Of a stretch of 64,000 nt of DNA, positions 38,959 through 48,175 are shown one piece after another. Source of the stretch: Bacteroidota bacterium. GTDB taxonomy: Bacteria > Bacteroidota > Ignavibacteria > Kapaibacteriales > Kapaibacteriaceae. The translations under genes and the position numbers were made by a program. The stretch lies in contig JBDKEN010000001.1 of the NCBI GenBank assembly GCA_039795225.1, positions 21,610 to 85,609 on the forward strand, in the 5' to 3' direction. The notes beneath the pieces were generated by a model. That model had not been told where the DNA came from. It worked only from the letters and a program-made list of their open reading frames with translations, and ran no database searches. Numbering within the stretch: position 1 is the first letter of the stretch; each line of letters opens with the position of its first letter.

Positions 38959-40275
38959 TCACCAGACCAGTCGACCGCTCAATCGCAGCGCCTCGATGGC
39001 TGCAGCATAGGTTTCGAACTCCGATTGGGCCAGACGCGTGACGATTTCGACAAGAGATTGCTGCGACTGTCGCACGTCGAAATCATCGACAAGGCCCTGG
39101 CGATAGCCAACGAGCGTAATCTCCGCATTGCGCTCTGCTGCAAGCAACGTCTGGCGTTCGGTTTCGAGAATACGTCGACCGCTACGAACGCGCTCGAGAA
39201 TGCCTGCCAGCTGTGAGCGCATCTGAAGACGCAGATCCTCGATCTCGGCACGCCGGCGAAGGGTCTCGACCCGTGCGAGCTCTGATGCCTGCGCGTCGGC
39301 AGTTCCTCGAAAGATGTTGTAGCGAAATTGAAGTCCAGCACTCCAACCCGTAGTGCGGTTCTCAAGGATAAAGCCTGCCTCGGTCGAGTTATCTGTCAGC
39401 TGTAGGCCCCCTACCGCGTCGATCCGAGGCCAGAACGACGCGGCGATTTGCCGTTCTGCAGCAACAGCGGCTTGGATTTGTCGCTCGGCGGCAAGGATAT
39501 CGGGATTCCGCATCAACATGGCATCTTCGAGTTCAGAGGCCGATGCAAGCTCAGGCATCATCATGAGCGTATCGACCTGAAACGAGTCACGTGGATTCCG
39601 CGCAAGGAGGACGTTGAGTCCTGCGCGCGCGAGCACCAAAGCGGTGCTCAGTCGATCGAGCTGAACACGGATCGCGTTACGGTCAATCTCGGCCTGCGCA
39701 ACTGCTGTTGCCGAGGCCTGACCAATTTGCTGACGCTGACGTGCAAGCTCAAGTCGGCGTTCTGCAAGTGAGAGGGCCGCACGAGCACCATCAACCGCAC
39801 GACGTGCGGAAACAACACTCGCATAGCGCGTCATCACGTCAGCGATTACTCGCGCATAGGATCCACGCGCCCGCTCACGTTCGGCTTCGGCCAGCTGCGA
39901 CATTTGGTCGTCAACGGCCATCATCCGAAAGCCATCAAACAGCGTCCATTGCATTGTCGCATTCGCGTTAATGTTCGTAAAGCCTGCATCGTTGCGATCA
40001 ATAACAACTCCACTTGCCGTGCGCTGCGAGATATCATTCGAGCCACGTGTGCCGTTGGCAGCAACATCAAGTGTTGGCAAGTACACAGCCGTACCAAGTC
40101 GCTCCTGGGCAGAAGCAGATGCTGAATCGAATCGAGCGATCTGCAGTCGAAAGTTCTTTTGAAGCGCTTCCTGCACGGCATCAGCGAGAGATACGGTTTG
40201 CGCACGTAGCGCCATGCCCTGCGCTAAAATGACAACGAGAACACCGATGCGCCAGTATGTCGTCATGTTATCCAT
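38959..40275 (-). CDS. TolC-family outer-membrane efflux protein
   Basis: It has a signal peptide and two tandem helical repeats with the typical LxxAxxxAxxxN pattern. It is the last gene of the RND operon, and its start overlaps the RND stop. Confidence 0.75.
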   Translation of the reverse strand: MDNMTTYWRIGVLVVILAQGMALRAQTVSLADAVQEALQKNFRLQIARFDSASASAQERLGTAVYLPTLDVAANGTRGSNDISQRTASGVVIDRNDAGFTNINANATMQWTLFDGFRMMAVDDQMSQLAEAERERARGSYARVIADVMTRYASVVSARRAVDGARAALSLAERRLELARQRQQIGQASATAVAQAEIDRNAIRVQLDRLSTALVLARAGLNVLLARNPRDSFQVDTLMMMPELASASELEDAMLMRNPDILAAERQIQAAVAAERQIAASFWPRIDAVGGLQLTDNSTEAGFILENRTTGWSAGLQFRYNIFRGTADAQASELARVETLRRRAEIEDLRLQMRSQLAGILERVRSGRRILETERQTLLAAERNAEITLVGYRQGLVDDFDVRQSQQSLVEIVTRLAQSEFETYAAAIEALRLSGRLVW

Positions 40276-43200
40276 GCTGCACCGCCGTTGGAGATTTCAA
40301 TCGTGACAATACGACGTAGAGTGACGGTATGATATAGAGCGTAAGCAGTGTGGAGATAGCCATTCCGCCAACGACAACCACCCCCATCCCAACTCGACTC
40401 TCGGAGGCTGCGCCAAGTGACAAAGCGATTGGCAATGAACCGAGAATGGTCGCCAGCGATGTCATAAGAATAGGACGGAACCGCAGCGAGGCAGCATCAA
40501 GCGCTGCCTGAATACGATCTGCCCCTTGCTCGAATCGCTGATTCGCAAACTCGACGATCAGAATCCCATTCTTTGTCACCAATCCAATGAGAACGATACA
40601 TCCGATTTGTGAAAAGATGTTCAGCGTGTCACCCGAGATCCAGAGAGAAATCACCGCCCCTGAAAGTGCTAGCGGCACTGTGAGCATGATTGTCAGTGGA
40701 TCGATCCAACTTTCGAACTGTGCTGCGAGAATCAAGTAGACGAGGGCAAGCGCGAGTACAAATGCAAACAGCAGCGACGACGAACTCTCGGCAAAGTCAC
40801 GCGATGCCCCGGTGAGCGCGGTCGAAAAGCGATCGTCCAAGGTCTTTGAGGCTACTTCCTCCATCGCCTTGATACCGTCGGCAATGGTTGCTCCAGGAGC
40901 AAGTCCAGCACTAATGGTCGCGCTGACCGAGCGATTGTACCGATAGAGCTGCGGTGGAACGCTCCGCTCTTGCAGTGTCACAAGATCAACAAGCGGCACC
41001 ATGGCACCCGAGGCTGTCCGCACCGAAATGTCCAACACATCTTCTGGTGTTGCACGTGCAGAGCGCTCCAGTTCTCCGATCACCTGATACTGCTTACCGT
41101 CGCGGACGATATAGCCGTAGCGCTGGCCCGAGAAGCCTGATTGAATGACGGAAGCAATATCAGCCAGATTCACACCCAAGGCACGAGCCTTTGCACGATC
41201 AACCTCGATATCCACCTCAGGCTTGGTGAACTTCAGGTTGACATCCACCACACTAAAGACTGGGTTCTGTTGAGCCTGCTCGAGCACGTTTGGCAACGCC
41301 TCTCGGAGTGACTCGATGTTTGGCGCCATGATCACCACCTGAACGGGCAAGCCCGCACGCTGGCCGGTAGAAATCGTCTGCTCCTGGATGACCAGGGTAC
41401 GAACCTCGGTTGCATCGCGCAGAATCTTTGTCAGCATGGCAGCGATGGCCATTTGTGACCGCCTACGCTCCTCCGGATCTACCAGAATAAGCCTCGCAAA
41501 GCCAGCGTTACTGCCTCCAGAGAGGAAGAATGGTGACGTAACCGTAATGAGGAGTTTCTTCTCCGGAACAGCCGCCTGCACGCGCTGCTGAAGAGAGTCG
41601 ATGATGACATTCATTCGATCGTAGGTGGTGCCTTCGGGAGCCGTCAGATTCATCGTGATCACACTGCGGTCTTCAAGCGGCGCGAGTTCACTTTTGAGCA
41701 TTCCGCCAATACCGAGGAGGGCAACTATCGAGACAAGCATGGCGATGCCTGCTCGAAGGGGGCGACGCACTACAGCATCAACGGAACGGGAATAGGCTGT
41801 TGTCAGCCACACAAAGAATGGCTCGGTGACGCGCACGAGCCAGCCTTCGATGGAAGATCGACGTAGGATTGCCGTGCTCATCATCGGCGTCAGCGTCAGC
41901 GACACAACGGCAGATACAATCACCGAGGAGGCAACAACGAGTCCGAATTCACGGAACAACCGTCCAGTGATTCCCTGCAAGAAGATCACCGGAAGGAATA
42001 CCATCGCCAGCGTGACCGTTGTCGAAATGATCGCAAACGTGATCTCACTCGATCCGTTCTCACCGGCCGAACTCGGATCTTCACCCTCTTCGATACGCTT
42101 GTAGATGTTCTCCATCATCACAATGGCATCATCAACGACAAGCCCCGTGGCAAGAACGATTCCAAGCAACGTCAACAAGTTGATGGAAAATCCAGCCATC
42201 CAGAGGAAGAAGAAGGATGCTACGAGCGAGACCGGGATTGCCACGACAGGAATGATCGTAGCCCTCCATGTGCGGAGAAAGAGGAAGATGATCAGCACCA
42301 CCAGCAGAAAGGCGATCACGAGTGTTTCTTCAACCTCACGGATGGCACCACGGATGAATCGTGTATTATCAAAGGCCACCTTGAGCTCGATACCCTTTGG
42401 CGTCGATGCGAGCAATTGTTGATACCGACGATAGAACTCGTCGGCAATCTCGATCTGGTTTGCACCCGGCTGCGGCGATATCGCCAGAGCAACCATTGGC
42501 ACGCCATCACGCTTAAGAACCGTTCGCTCATTCTCCGCACCAAGATACACGCGGGCCACATCGCTCAACCGAATAACAGCCCCCTGCTCATCACGGAGGA
42601 TCAGATTGAGGAACTCCTCTGCGGTTGCCAGACGTCCGAGTGTTCGCAGTGAGAGTTCCATGGTCGACCCTTCAAGACGACCCGATGGGAGTTCGACATT
42701 CTCACGGGCGAGTACCGCACGCACATCCGTTGGCGTCAGCCCATAGGATACCAGCTTCTTGGGATCCATGATGATGCGCATGGCATACTTGCGCTCACCC
42801 CAGATCGTGATCGATCCTACTCCCGTGATCGTCTGGAGTCGCTCCTTGAGCACATTGGCCGCATAGGCACTGAGTTCCCCCAGAGAACGATCACGTCCCT
42901 GCACGGTCATGACGACCACATTACTGCTGTTGGATTCTGACTTAGCAACGACCGGTGGATCAACGTCGGCAGGGAGCTGTCGTTTTGCACGCTCAACCCG
43001 ATCACGAACGTCATTGGCGGCCTGCTCGAGGTCGCGCTCCAATTCGAACTCAACGGTGATCGTTGATCGACCATCGGCACTGGTTGAGGTCAGCGACCGA
43101 ATTCCGTCGATACCATTGATCGACTCTTCAAGGGGCTCTGTGATTTGTGATTCAACCACATCGGCATTGGCACCGGTGTAGGTGGTCGTGACCGAAATAT

Positions 43201-43330
43201 TCGGTGGATCGACATTGGGAAACTGGCGGATACCAAGAAATGAAGCTCCCACAAGCCCCATCACGACGAGTAGGATGCTAATGACGACTGCGGTAACAGG
43301 ACGCCGGATTGAAAACACGCTGATGTTCAT
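40268..43330 (-). CDS. RND efflux transporter permease (AcrB/CzcA superfamily)
   Basis: The 1020-aa protein starts MNISVFSIRRPV, has the 12-TM layout with two large periplasmic loops, and carries VVDDAIVMMENI. Confidence 0.9.
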   Translation of the reverse strand: MNISVFSIRRPVTAVVISILLVVMGLVGASFLGIRQFPNVDPPNISVTTTYTGANADVVESQITEPLEESINGIDGIRSLTSTSADGRSTITVEFELERDLEQAANDVRDRVERAKRQLPADVDPPVVAKSESNSSNVVVMTVQGRDRSLGELSAYAANVLKERLQTITGVGSITIWGERKYAMRIIMDPKKLVSYGLTPTDVRAVLARENVELPSGRLEGSTMELSLRTLGRLATAEEFLNLILRDEQGAVIRLSDVARVYLGAENERTVLKRDGVPMVALAISPQPGANQIEIADEFYRRYQQLLASTPKGIELKVAFDNTRFIRGAIREVEETLVIAFLLVVLIIFLFLRTWRATIIPVVAIPVSLVASFFFLWMAGFSINLLTLLGIVLATGLVVDDAIVMMENIYKRIEEGEDPSSAGENGSSEITFAIISTTVTLAMVFLPVIFLQGITGRLFREFGLVVASSVIVSAVVSLTLTPMMSTAILRRSSIEGWLVRVTEPFFVWLTTAYSRSVDAVVRRPLRAGIAMLVSIVALLGIGGMLKSELAPLEDRSVITMNLTAPEGTTYDRMNVIIDSLQQRVQAAVPEKKLLITVTSPFFLSGGSNAGFARLILVDPEERRRSQMAIAAMLTKILRDATEVRTLVIQEQTISTGQRAGLPVQVVIMAPNIESLREALPNVLEQAQQNPVFSVVDVNLKFTKPEVDIEVDRAKARALGVNLADIASVIQSGFSGQRYGYIVRDGKQYQVIGELERSARATPEDVLDISVRTASGAMVPLVDLVTLQERSVPPQLYRYNRSVSATISAGLAPGATIADGIKAMEEVASKTLDDRFSTALTGASRDFAESSSSLLFAFVLALALVYLILAAQFESWIDPLTIMLTVPLALSGAVISLWISGDTLNIFSQIGCIVLIGLVTKNGILIVEFANQRFEQGADRIQAALDAASLRFRPILMTSLATILGSLPIALSLGAASESRVGMGVVVVGGMAISTLLTLYIIPSLYVVLSRLKSPTAVQHG

Positions 43331-44406
43331 CGTAGGGTCGCCTTGACAGGTTTGCCAGCCTTGACGAACAGAATTCCCGAGGTGATGATGGTATCACCCG
43401 GCGCAACACCCGACAACACCTGCACGTGCGTCATCGTTCGGGCACCGGTCGACACGAGAACTGCTTCAGCACGGCCACCACGAACACGGTAGACGGTGGC
43501 ACCATTCATGTCCTGGACGATGGATTCAGCTGGCAGGAGAAGAGCATCGGTGATTGTTGATCGACGCAGCAAAACATCGGCAAACATCCCGGAGGAGAGA
43601 CCAGCTGCATTCGAGATCCGTGCACGCACTCGTTGCGTGCGAGTGCGCTCATCAAGCACCGGTTCAACAGCCGAGACCGTTGCGACGCGAGAGCTCGTAT
43701 CGGCACTGCGCAGACGCAGACGAAGTGGACTGCCAACACCAACTGTACCGATGTAGCGCTCGGGTACAGCCACATCAATGTTCAGTGCGCCGGCCGATGT
43801 GAGTGTCGTGATCGGTGTGGACGGGCTAACGATGGCGCCGACGCTGATTTGTCGCAATCCGATGATGCCACTGAAAGGGGCTCGCACTTCGGTCTTCGCA
43901 ATCTGAGCATCCAACTCAGCGATTTCGGCCGTCCGCATCGCCACCTGCGCAACTGCGGCCTCAAGTTCTTCCTGCGATACACCATCAACGGCCTTCATTG
44001 CGCGAAGACGCTCGGCACGTTTGGCATCGAGCTGACGCTGCTGCTCGAGTTTCGACCGACGCGCAACGAGATCATCATCAACGAGTTTGACCAGTAGCTG
44101 GCCTGCTCGAACTTGGACCCCTTCGCGGAAGCTGATCGACTTGACACGCCCGGTTATCTCCGTGCGGACATCGATCGATTCATCGGCGACAACTTGACCG
44201 GTCAGGGAAACCTCATCGGTAAACTCCTGCGGCGTGACCACCATCGCCTCAACAGCTGGGGGAAGTTTTCCACCGGGTGGACCTCCGGCCGGCGATGCGC
44301 CCGGGCCCCCGGAGGACGTCAAATCAGCTCCAGAGCGCCATCGAAGCACGCCTGCGACAGCAAGAACGACCAGTCCGACGACAAGGGCAATTTTGCGAGT
44401 ATTCAT
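43327..44406 (-). CDS. RND efflux periplasmic adaptor (membrane fusion protein)
   Basis: It has an N-terminal TM anchor, a coiled-coil hairpin and beta-barrel segments typical of the HlyD/AcrA family. The stop overlaps the RND start. I chose the ATG at 44406 because of the GAAGTTTG box 12 nt upstream. Confidence 0.8.
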   Translation of the reverse strand: MNTRKIALVVGLVVLAVAGVLRWRSGADLTSSGGPGASPAGGPPGGKLPPAVEAMVVTPQEFTDEVSLTGQVVADESIDVRTEITGRVKSISFREGVQVRAGQLLVKLVDDDLVARRSKLEQQRQLDAKRAERLRAMKAVDGVSQEELEAAVAQVAMRTAEIAELDAQIAKTEVRAPFSGIIGLRQISVGAIVSPSTPITTLTSAGALNIDVAVPERYIGTVGVGSPLRLRLRSADTSSRVATVSAVEPVLDERTRTQRVRARISNAAGLSSGMFADVLLRRSTITDALLLPAESIVQDMNGATVYRVRGGRAEAVLVSTGARTMTHVQVLSGVAPGDTIITSGILFVKAGKPVKATLR

Positions 44407-44410
44407 TCTG

Positions 44411-44418
44411 CAAACTTC
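44411..44418 (-). promoter_or_regulatory. -7 box candidate (GAAGTTTG), 12 nt before the RND-adaptor ATG at 44406
   Basis: It matches nAnnTTTG at the standard spacing. Confidence 0.3.
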
Positions 44419-44507
44419 GGCAAATTTTCCCATGCTATTTTTGCGCCTGCTTCGTCTTGGTCTGCGCCCAAGGTTGATTCTTTCACCACGCTTCGAGGAT
44501 TAGCACG

Positions 44508-44843
44508 ATGCGAACATGTCTCCTGGTTATTGCCACCCTGCTCCTGCCACTTACGTTGCTTGCAGCGGAACAAAAAGTCACCCTGAAAGTTGCCGGCAAC
44601 TGCGGCTCCTGCAAAAAGCGAATCGTCAAGGCCGCTGAGTCGATCGACGGTGTGAGCGACGCTGCATGGGATAAGAAGACGAAGACCTTCACCGCTGTCT
44701 ATGACGACGCAAAAGCTACACCTGAAGCAATCAAGAAGGCTATCGCTGCCGCTGGATACGACGCAGAAGACGTCAAGGGCAACGATGAGGCCTACAGCAA
44801 GCTTCCAGACTGCTGCCGATATCGTGACGGATCACACGATTGA
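44508..44843 (+). CDS. Secreted heavy-metal-associated (HMA) domain protein
   Basis: A signal peptide is followed by an HMA fold with metal motif VAGNCGSCKKRI and a C-terminal AYSKLPDCCRY. This matches the Bacteroidetes-type small HMA family as I remember it. Confidence 0.75.
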   Translation: MRTCLLVIATLLLPLTLLAAEQKVTLKVAGNCGSCKKRIVKAAESIDGVSDAAWDKKTKTFTAVYDDAKATPEAIKKAIAAAGYDAEDVKGNDEAYSKLPDCCRYRDGSHD

Positions 44844-44949
44844 AGACTGGGTATCCAACGACCAATTACAAATGACCAATGACAAAGTACAATTGGCCAA
44901 TGACGAATGACCAATGACGAATGACCAGTGACGAATGACCAATGACGAG
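44844..44949 (-). repeat. Heptamer array G (ATGACCA/ATGACGA, 15 units)
   Basis: The 7-bp phase starts at the first base after the HMA-gene stop codon. Confidence 0.9.
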
Positions 44950-44975
44950 TGGAGTCTCGCATCGGCGGGAACGAA

Positions 44976-45010
44976 GAACACCTCACACCTCACACCCCAA
45001 ACCTGAAACC
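44976..45010 (+). repeat. Heptamer array H (TCACACC/CCAAACC, 5 units; complement of array F units)
   Basis: GAACACC TCACACC TCACACC CCAAACC TGAAACC ends 6 nt before the gcvP ATG. Confidence 0.75.
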
Positions 45011-45016
45011 TGTTCC

Positions 45017-47875
45017 ATGCATCGCGACATTTTTGAACATCGCCACCACGGACTTTCACAATCTGACATTCAGGCCATGCTGGCTGCTGTTGATGCATCG
45101 AGCATCGACCAGCTTGTTGAGCAGACCGTACCGTCGCAGATCCGGCTTGAGAAGCCCCTTGACCTGCCGTTGCCGCTGACGGAGATCGAGATGCTTGCCG
45201 AATTGAAGTCGATCGCAGCCACCAACTCGGTTGCTCGGTCCTACATCGGCATGGGGTATTATGACACGGTCACACCGCCTGTGATTCTCCGAAACCTCAT
45301 CGAGAATCCAGGATGGTACACGCAGTACACGCCCTACCAGGCAGAGATTGCGCAGGGCCGTTTGGAAAGCCTGTTGAACTTCCAGACGCTGGTGACAGAC
45401 CTGACCAAGATGGATATTGCCGGGGCTTCGCTACTCGACGAAGGCACGGCTGCAGCTGAAGCCATGCATATGACATTCGCTGCGCGCGGCGCGGCGGTGA
45501 AGTCGGCAAACACAATGTTCGTCGACGCAAATGTCTTCCCGCAAACCCTGGAGGTGATTCGCACTCGTGCAACACCATTGGGAATCAACGTTGTTGTCGG
45601 CGATTGGAAGAGCGTCGAGTTTGATGGTACAATTTTCGGTGCCTATGTCCAGTACCCAGCTGGCGACGGTTCTGTTGAAGACTACACGGCGTTCTGTGAG
45701 CGAGCTCATGCAGGGGGCGCGTTGGTAACAGTCGGTACGGACCTCATGGCCCTGACGCATCTCACACCACCGGGTGAGTTTGGTGCAGACGTCGCTGTCG
45801 GCACAGCGCAACGATTGGGCGTGCCATTGGGATATGGTGGACCGCATGCAGCCTTCTTGGCAACGCGTGAGGCATACAAGCGTATCATTCCGGGTCGCAT
45901 TATTGGCGTCAGCGTCGATGCTCAAGGGAATCTGGCTCTGCGCATGGCCCTGCAAACGCGTGAGCAACACATCCGTCGTGACAAGGCGACGTCGAACATT
46001 TGTACGGCGCAGGCGTTGCTGGCAAATGTCTCGGCGATGTATGCCGTGTATCACGGTCCTGATGGACTGCGTGGCATCGCCCATCGTATTCACACGCTCA
46101 CCTCAGCGCTGGCCTCGGGGCTCACATCCCTCGGGTATAGCACCTGTAACATTTCATGGTTTGACACGCTGTGCGTCTGTGCTGATCCAGCTGCTGTGCG
46201 CGCAGTCTTTGAGCCACGGCTTATCAATCTGCGCTACCGCACAGATTGTGCGTGCGTTGGTGTTTCGCTTGACGAGACGACAACGGTTCCCGATGTACAA
46301 GACATCCTTGATGCCTTTGCAGCCGTCAAGGGAGCTTCGGCACCTCATGTTGCCGATCTTCTGCACACGGCGACGAGCGGCCTCCCGGCCTCACTCGTGC
46401 GGACCTCGAGCTATCTCACACATCCGGTATTTAACAGTTATCACACCGAACACGAGATGCTACGCTACATGAAGCGTCTCGAGAACAAAGACCTGTCTCT
46501 CACGCATTCGATGATCTCCCTGGGCTCGTGCACCATGAAGCTCAACGCAACGGCGGAGATGATCCCAATCACCTGGCCTGAGTTCAATCGTATTCATCCA
46601 TTTGCGCCCCTCTCACAGACGCAGGGGTATCAGCGCATTTTCTCTGAGCTGAGCACATGGCTGAATGAAATCACAGGATTTGATGCATGCTCCCTGCAGC
46701 CGAATGCAGGTGCACAGGGCGAGTATGCTGGACTATTGGCAATCCGCGGATTCCATCATGCACGGGGCGAGCAGCACCGCAATGTGGTGCTTATCCCCTC
46801 GTCTGCCCATGGCACCAATCCAGCGTCGGCCGTCATGGCCGGCATGAAGGTTGTTGTCGTCAAGAGCGATGCTCATGGTCATGTCGACGTCGATGATCTG
46901 CGCGCACAGGCAGAAGCAAACTCGGCGAATCTTGCAGCGCTGATGGTAACATACCCGTCAACGCACGGCGTATTTGAGGAGGCCATCAAGGACATCTGCG
47001 CCATTGTGCATCAGCACGGTGGACGTGTTTACATGGACGGAGCAAACATGAATGCCCAGGTGGGCTTGACGTCACCACGCGCCATCGGCGCTGATGTATG
47101 CCACCTCAACCTCCACAAGACGTTCTGTATTCCACACGGAGGGGGCGGTCCAGGAATGGGTCCGATCTGCTGCACGGCAGAGCTCGCCCCGTACCTGCCA
47201 TCACATCCCGTCATCAACCCGATCGATGTCGAGCATGTCGGGCCGGTATCCGCTGCTCCTTGGGGCTCGGCATCCATTCTGCTCATCTCATGGGCATACA
47301 TCCGGATGATGGGCGGTGAAGGTCTGACGAATGCAACCAAGCGTGCTATTCTGAATGCGAACTACATCAAGAGTCGCATCGAACAGCATTATCCGATCCT
47401 CTATACCGGCACAAACGGACGCTGCGCCCACGAGATGATCGTGGACCTGCGCGAGTTCAAGCAGCGCGGTGGCATCGAAGCAGAAGATGTTGCAAAGCGC
47501 ATGATGGACTACGGATACCACGCGCCGACACTCAGCTTCCCTGTCCCAGGCACGATCATGATCGAGCCCACAGAGAGCGAGAGCAAGGCCGAACTGGACC
47601 GGTTCATCGAAATGCTCCTTTCCATTCGTACCGAAATTGAGAGTGTGTGCAGTGGCGCAATTGATGCCAAGGACAACCCGCTCAAGAATGCCCCGCACAC
47701 CATGTTCGTTGTCACTGCCGATACGTGGGAACACACGTACTCACGTCAGACTGCCGCATTCCCACTTCCATGGGTGCGTGATCGGAAGTTCTGGCCATCC
47801 ATCGGCCGGGTCGACAACGCTCATGGCGATCGCGTGCTCATTTGCACGTGTCCGTCGATCGAAGAATACGCGTGA
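45017..47875 (+). CDS. gcvP: Glycine dehydrogenase (decarboxylating), single-chain P protein
   Basis: [22 protein letters not shown] and the PLP-lysine region [16 protein letters not shown] are present. I moved the start to the ATG at 45017 because the ORF-track start lies in heptamer arrays. Confidence 0.9.
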   Translation: MHRDIFEHRHHGLSQSDIQAMLAAVDASSIDQLVEQTVPSQIRLEKPLDLPLPLTEIEMLAELKSIAATNSVARSYIGMGYYDTVTPPVILRNLIENPGWYTQYTPYQAEIAQGRLESLLNFQTLVTDLTKMDIAGASLLDEGTAAAEAMHMTFAARGAAVKSANTMFVDANVFPQTLEVIRTRATPLGINVVVGDWKSVEFDGTIFGAYVQYPAGDGSVEDYTAFCERAHAGGALVTVGTDLMALTHLTPPGEFGADVAVGTAQRLGVPLGYGGPHAAFLATREAYKRIIPGRIIGVSVDAQGNLALRMALQTREQHIRRDKATSNICTAQALLANVSAMYAVYHGPDGLRGIAHRIHTLTSALASGLTSLGYSTCNISWFDTLCVCADPAAVRAVFEPRLINLRYRTDCACVGVSLDETTTVPDVQDILDAFAAVKGASAPHVADLLHTATSGLPASLVRTSSYLTHPVFNSYHTEHEMLRYMKRLENKDLSLTHSMISLGSCTMKLNATAEMIPITWPEFNRIHPFAPLSQTQGYQRIFSELSTWLNEITGFDACSLQPNAGAQGEYAGLLAIRGFHHARGEQHRNVVLIPSSAHGTNPASAVMAGMKVVVVKSDAHGHVDVDDLRAQAEANSANLAALMVTYPSTHGVFEEAIKDICAIVHQHGGRVYMDGANMNAQVGLTSPRAIGADVCHLNLHKTFCIPHGGGGPGMGPICCTAELAPYLPSHPVINPIDVEHVGPVSAAPWGSASILLISWAYIRMMGGEGLTNATKRAILNANYIKSRIEQHYPILYTGTNGRCAHEMIVDLREFKQRGGIEAEDVAKRMMDYGYHAPTLSFPVPGTIMIEPTESESKAELDRFIEMLLSIRTEIESVCSGAIDAKDNPLKNAPHTMFVVTADTWEHTYSRQTAAFPLPWVRDRKFWPSIGRVDNAHGDRVLICTCPSIEEYA

Positions 47876-47959
47876 GTTTGGGTACTGGGTACGAAGTACA
47901 AATGACGAAGTACGAAGTACCAATGACGAAGTACGAAGTACCAATGACGAAGTACTTTG
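47876..47959 (-). repeat. Heptamer array I (GTACGAA/GTACCAA/TGACGAA, 12 units, 21-bp super-period)
   Basis: It starts at the first base after the gcvP stop. Its ends grade into GTTTGGG and GGTTTGG units. Confidence 0.9.
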
Positions 47960-48072
47960 CTTGGGTTTGGTGTCCTGCCTTCGCGGGCATGGTTATGGCG
48001 TTCCAGGTTCAACCGTAATAGCGTAGTTCCCGAACTCTGTGGATCGCTACATACTTGCTCATGCAAGCGTAC

Positions 48073-48156
48073 CTGGTCATAAGTAATTCGTCCTTGGTAA
48101 TTCGTCCTTGGTAATTCGTCCTTGGTAACTCGTCCTTGGTGATCCGTCATCGGTAA
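48073..48156 (+). repeat. Heptamer array J (TTCGTCC/TTGGTAA, 12 units, 14-bp super-period)
   Basis: It ends about 20 nt before the hrpB ATG and is in complement orientation to array I. Confidence 0.9.
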
Positions 48157-48175
48157 TTCCATAACTCTGCAATCC

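Noticed and set aside
44844-45016. A glycine riboswitch upstream of gcvP.
   Set aside because: The 173-bp upstream region is almost entirely heptamer arrays. I could not recognise the conserved glycine-aptamer core. A cmscan would be needed to confirm its absence.
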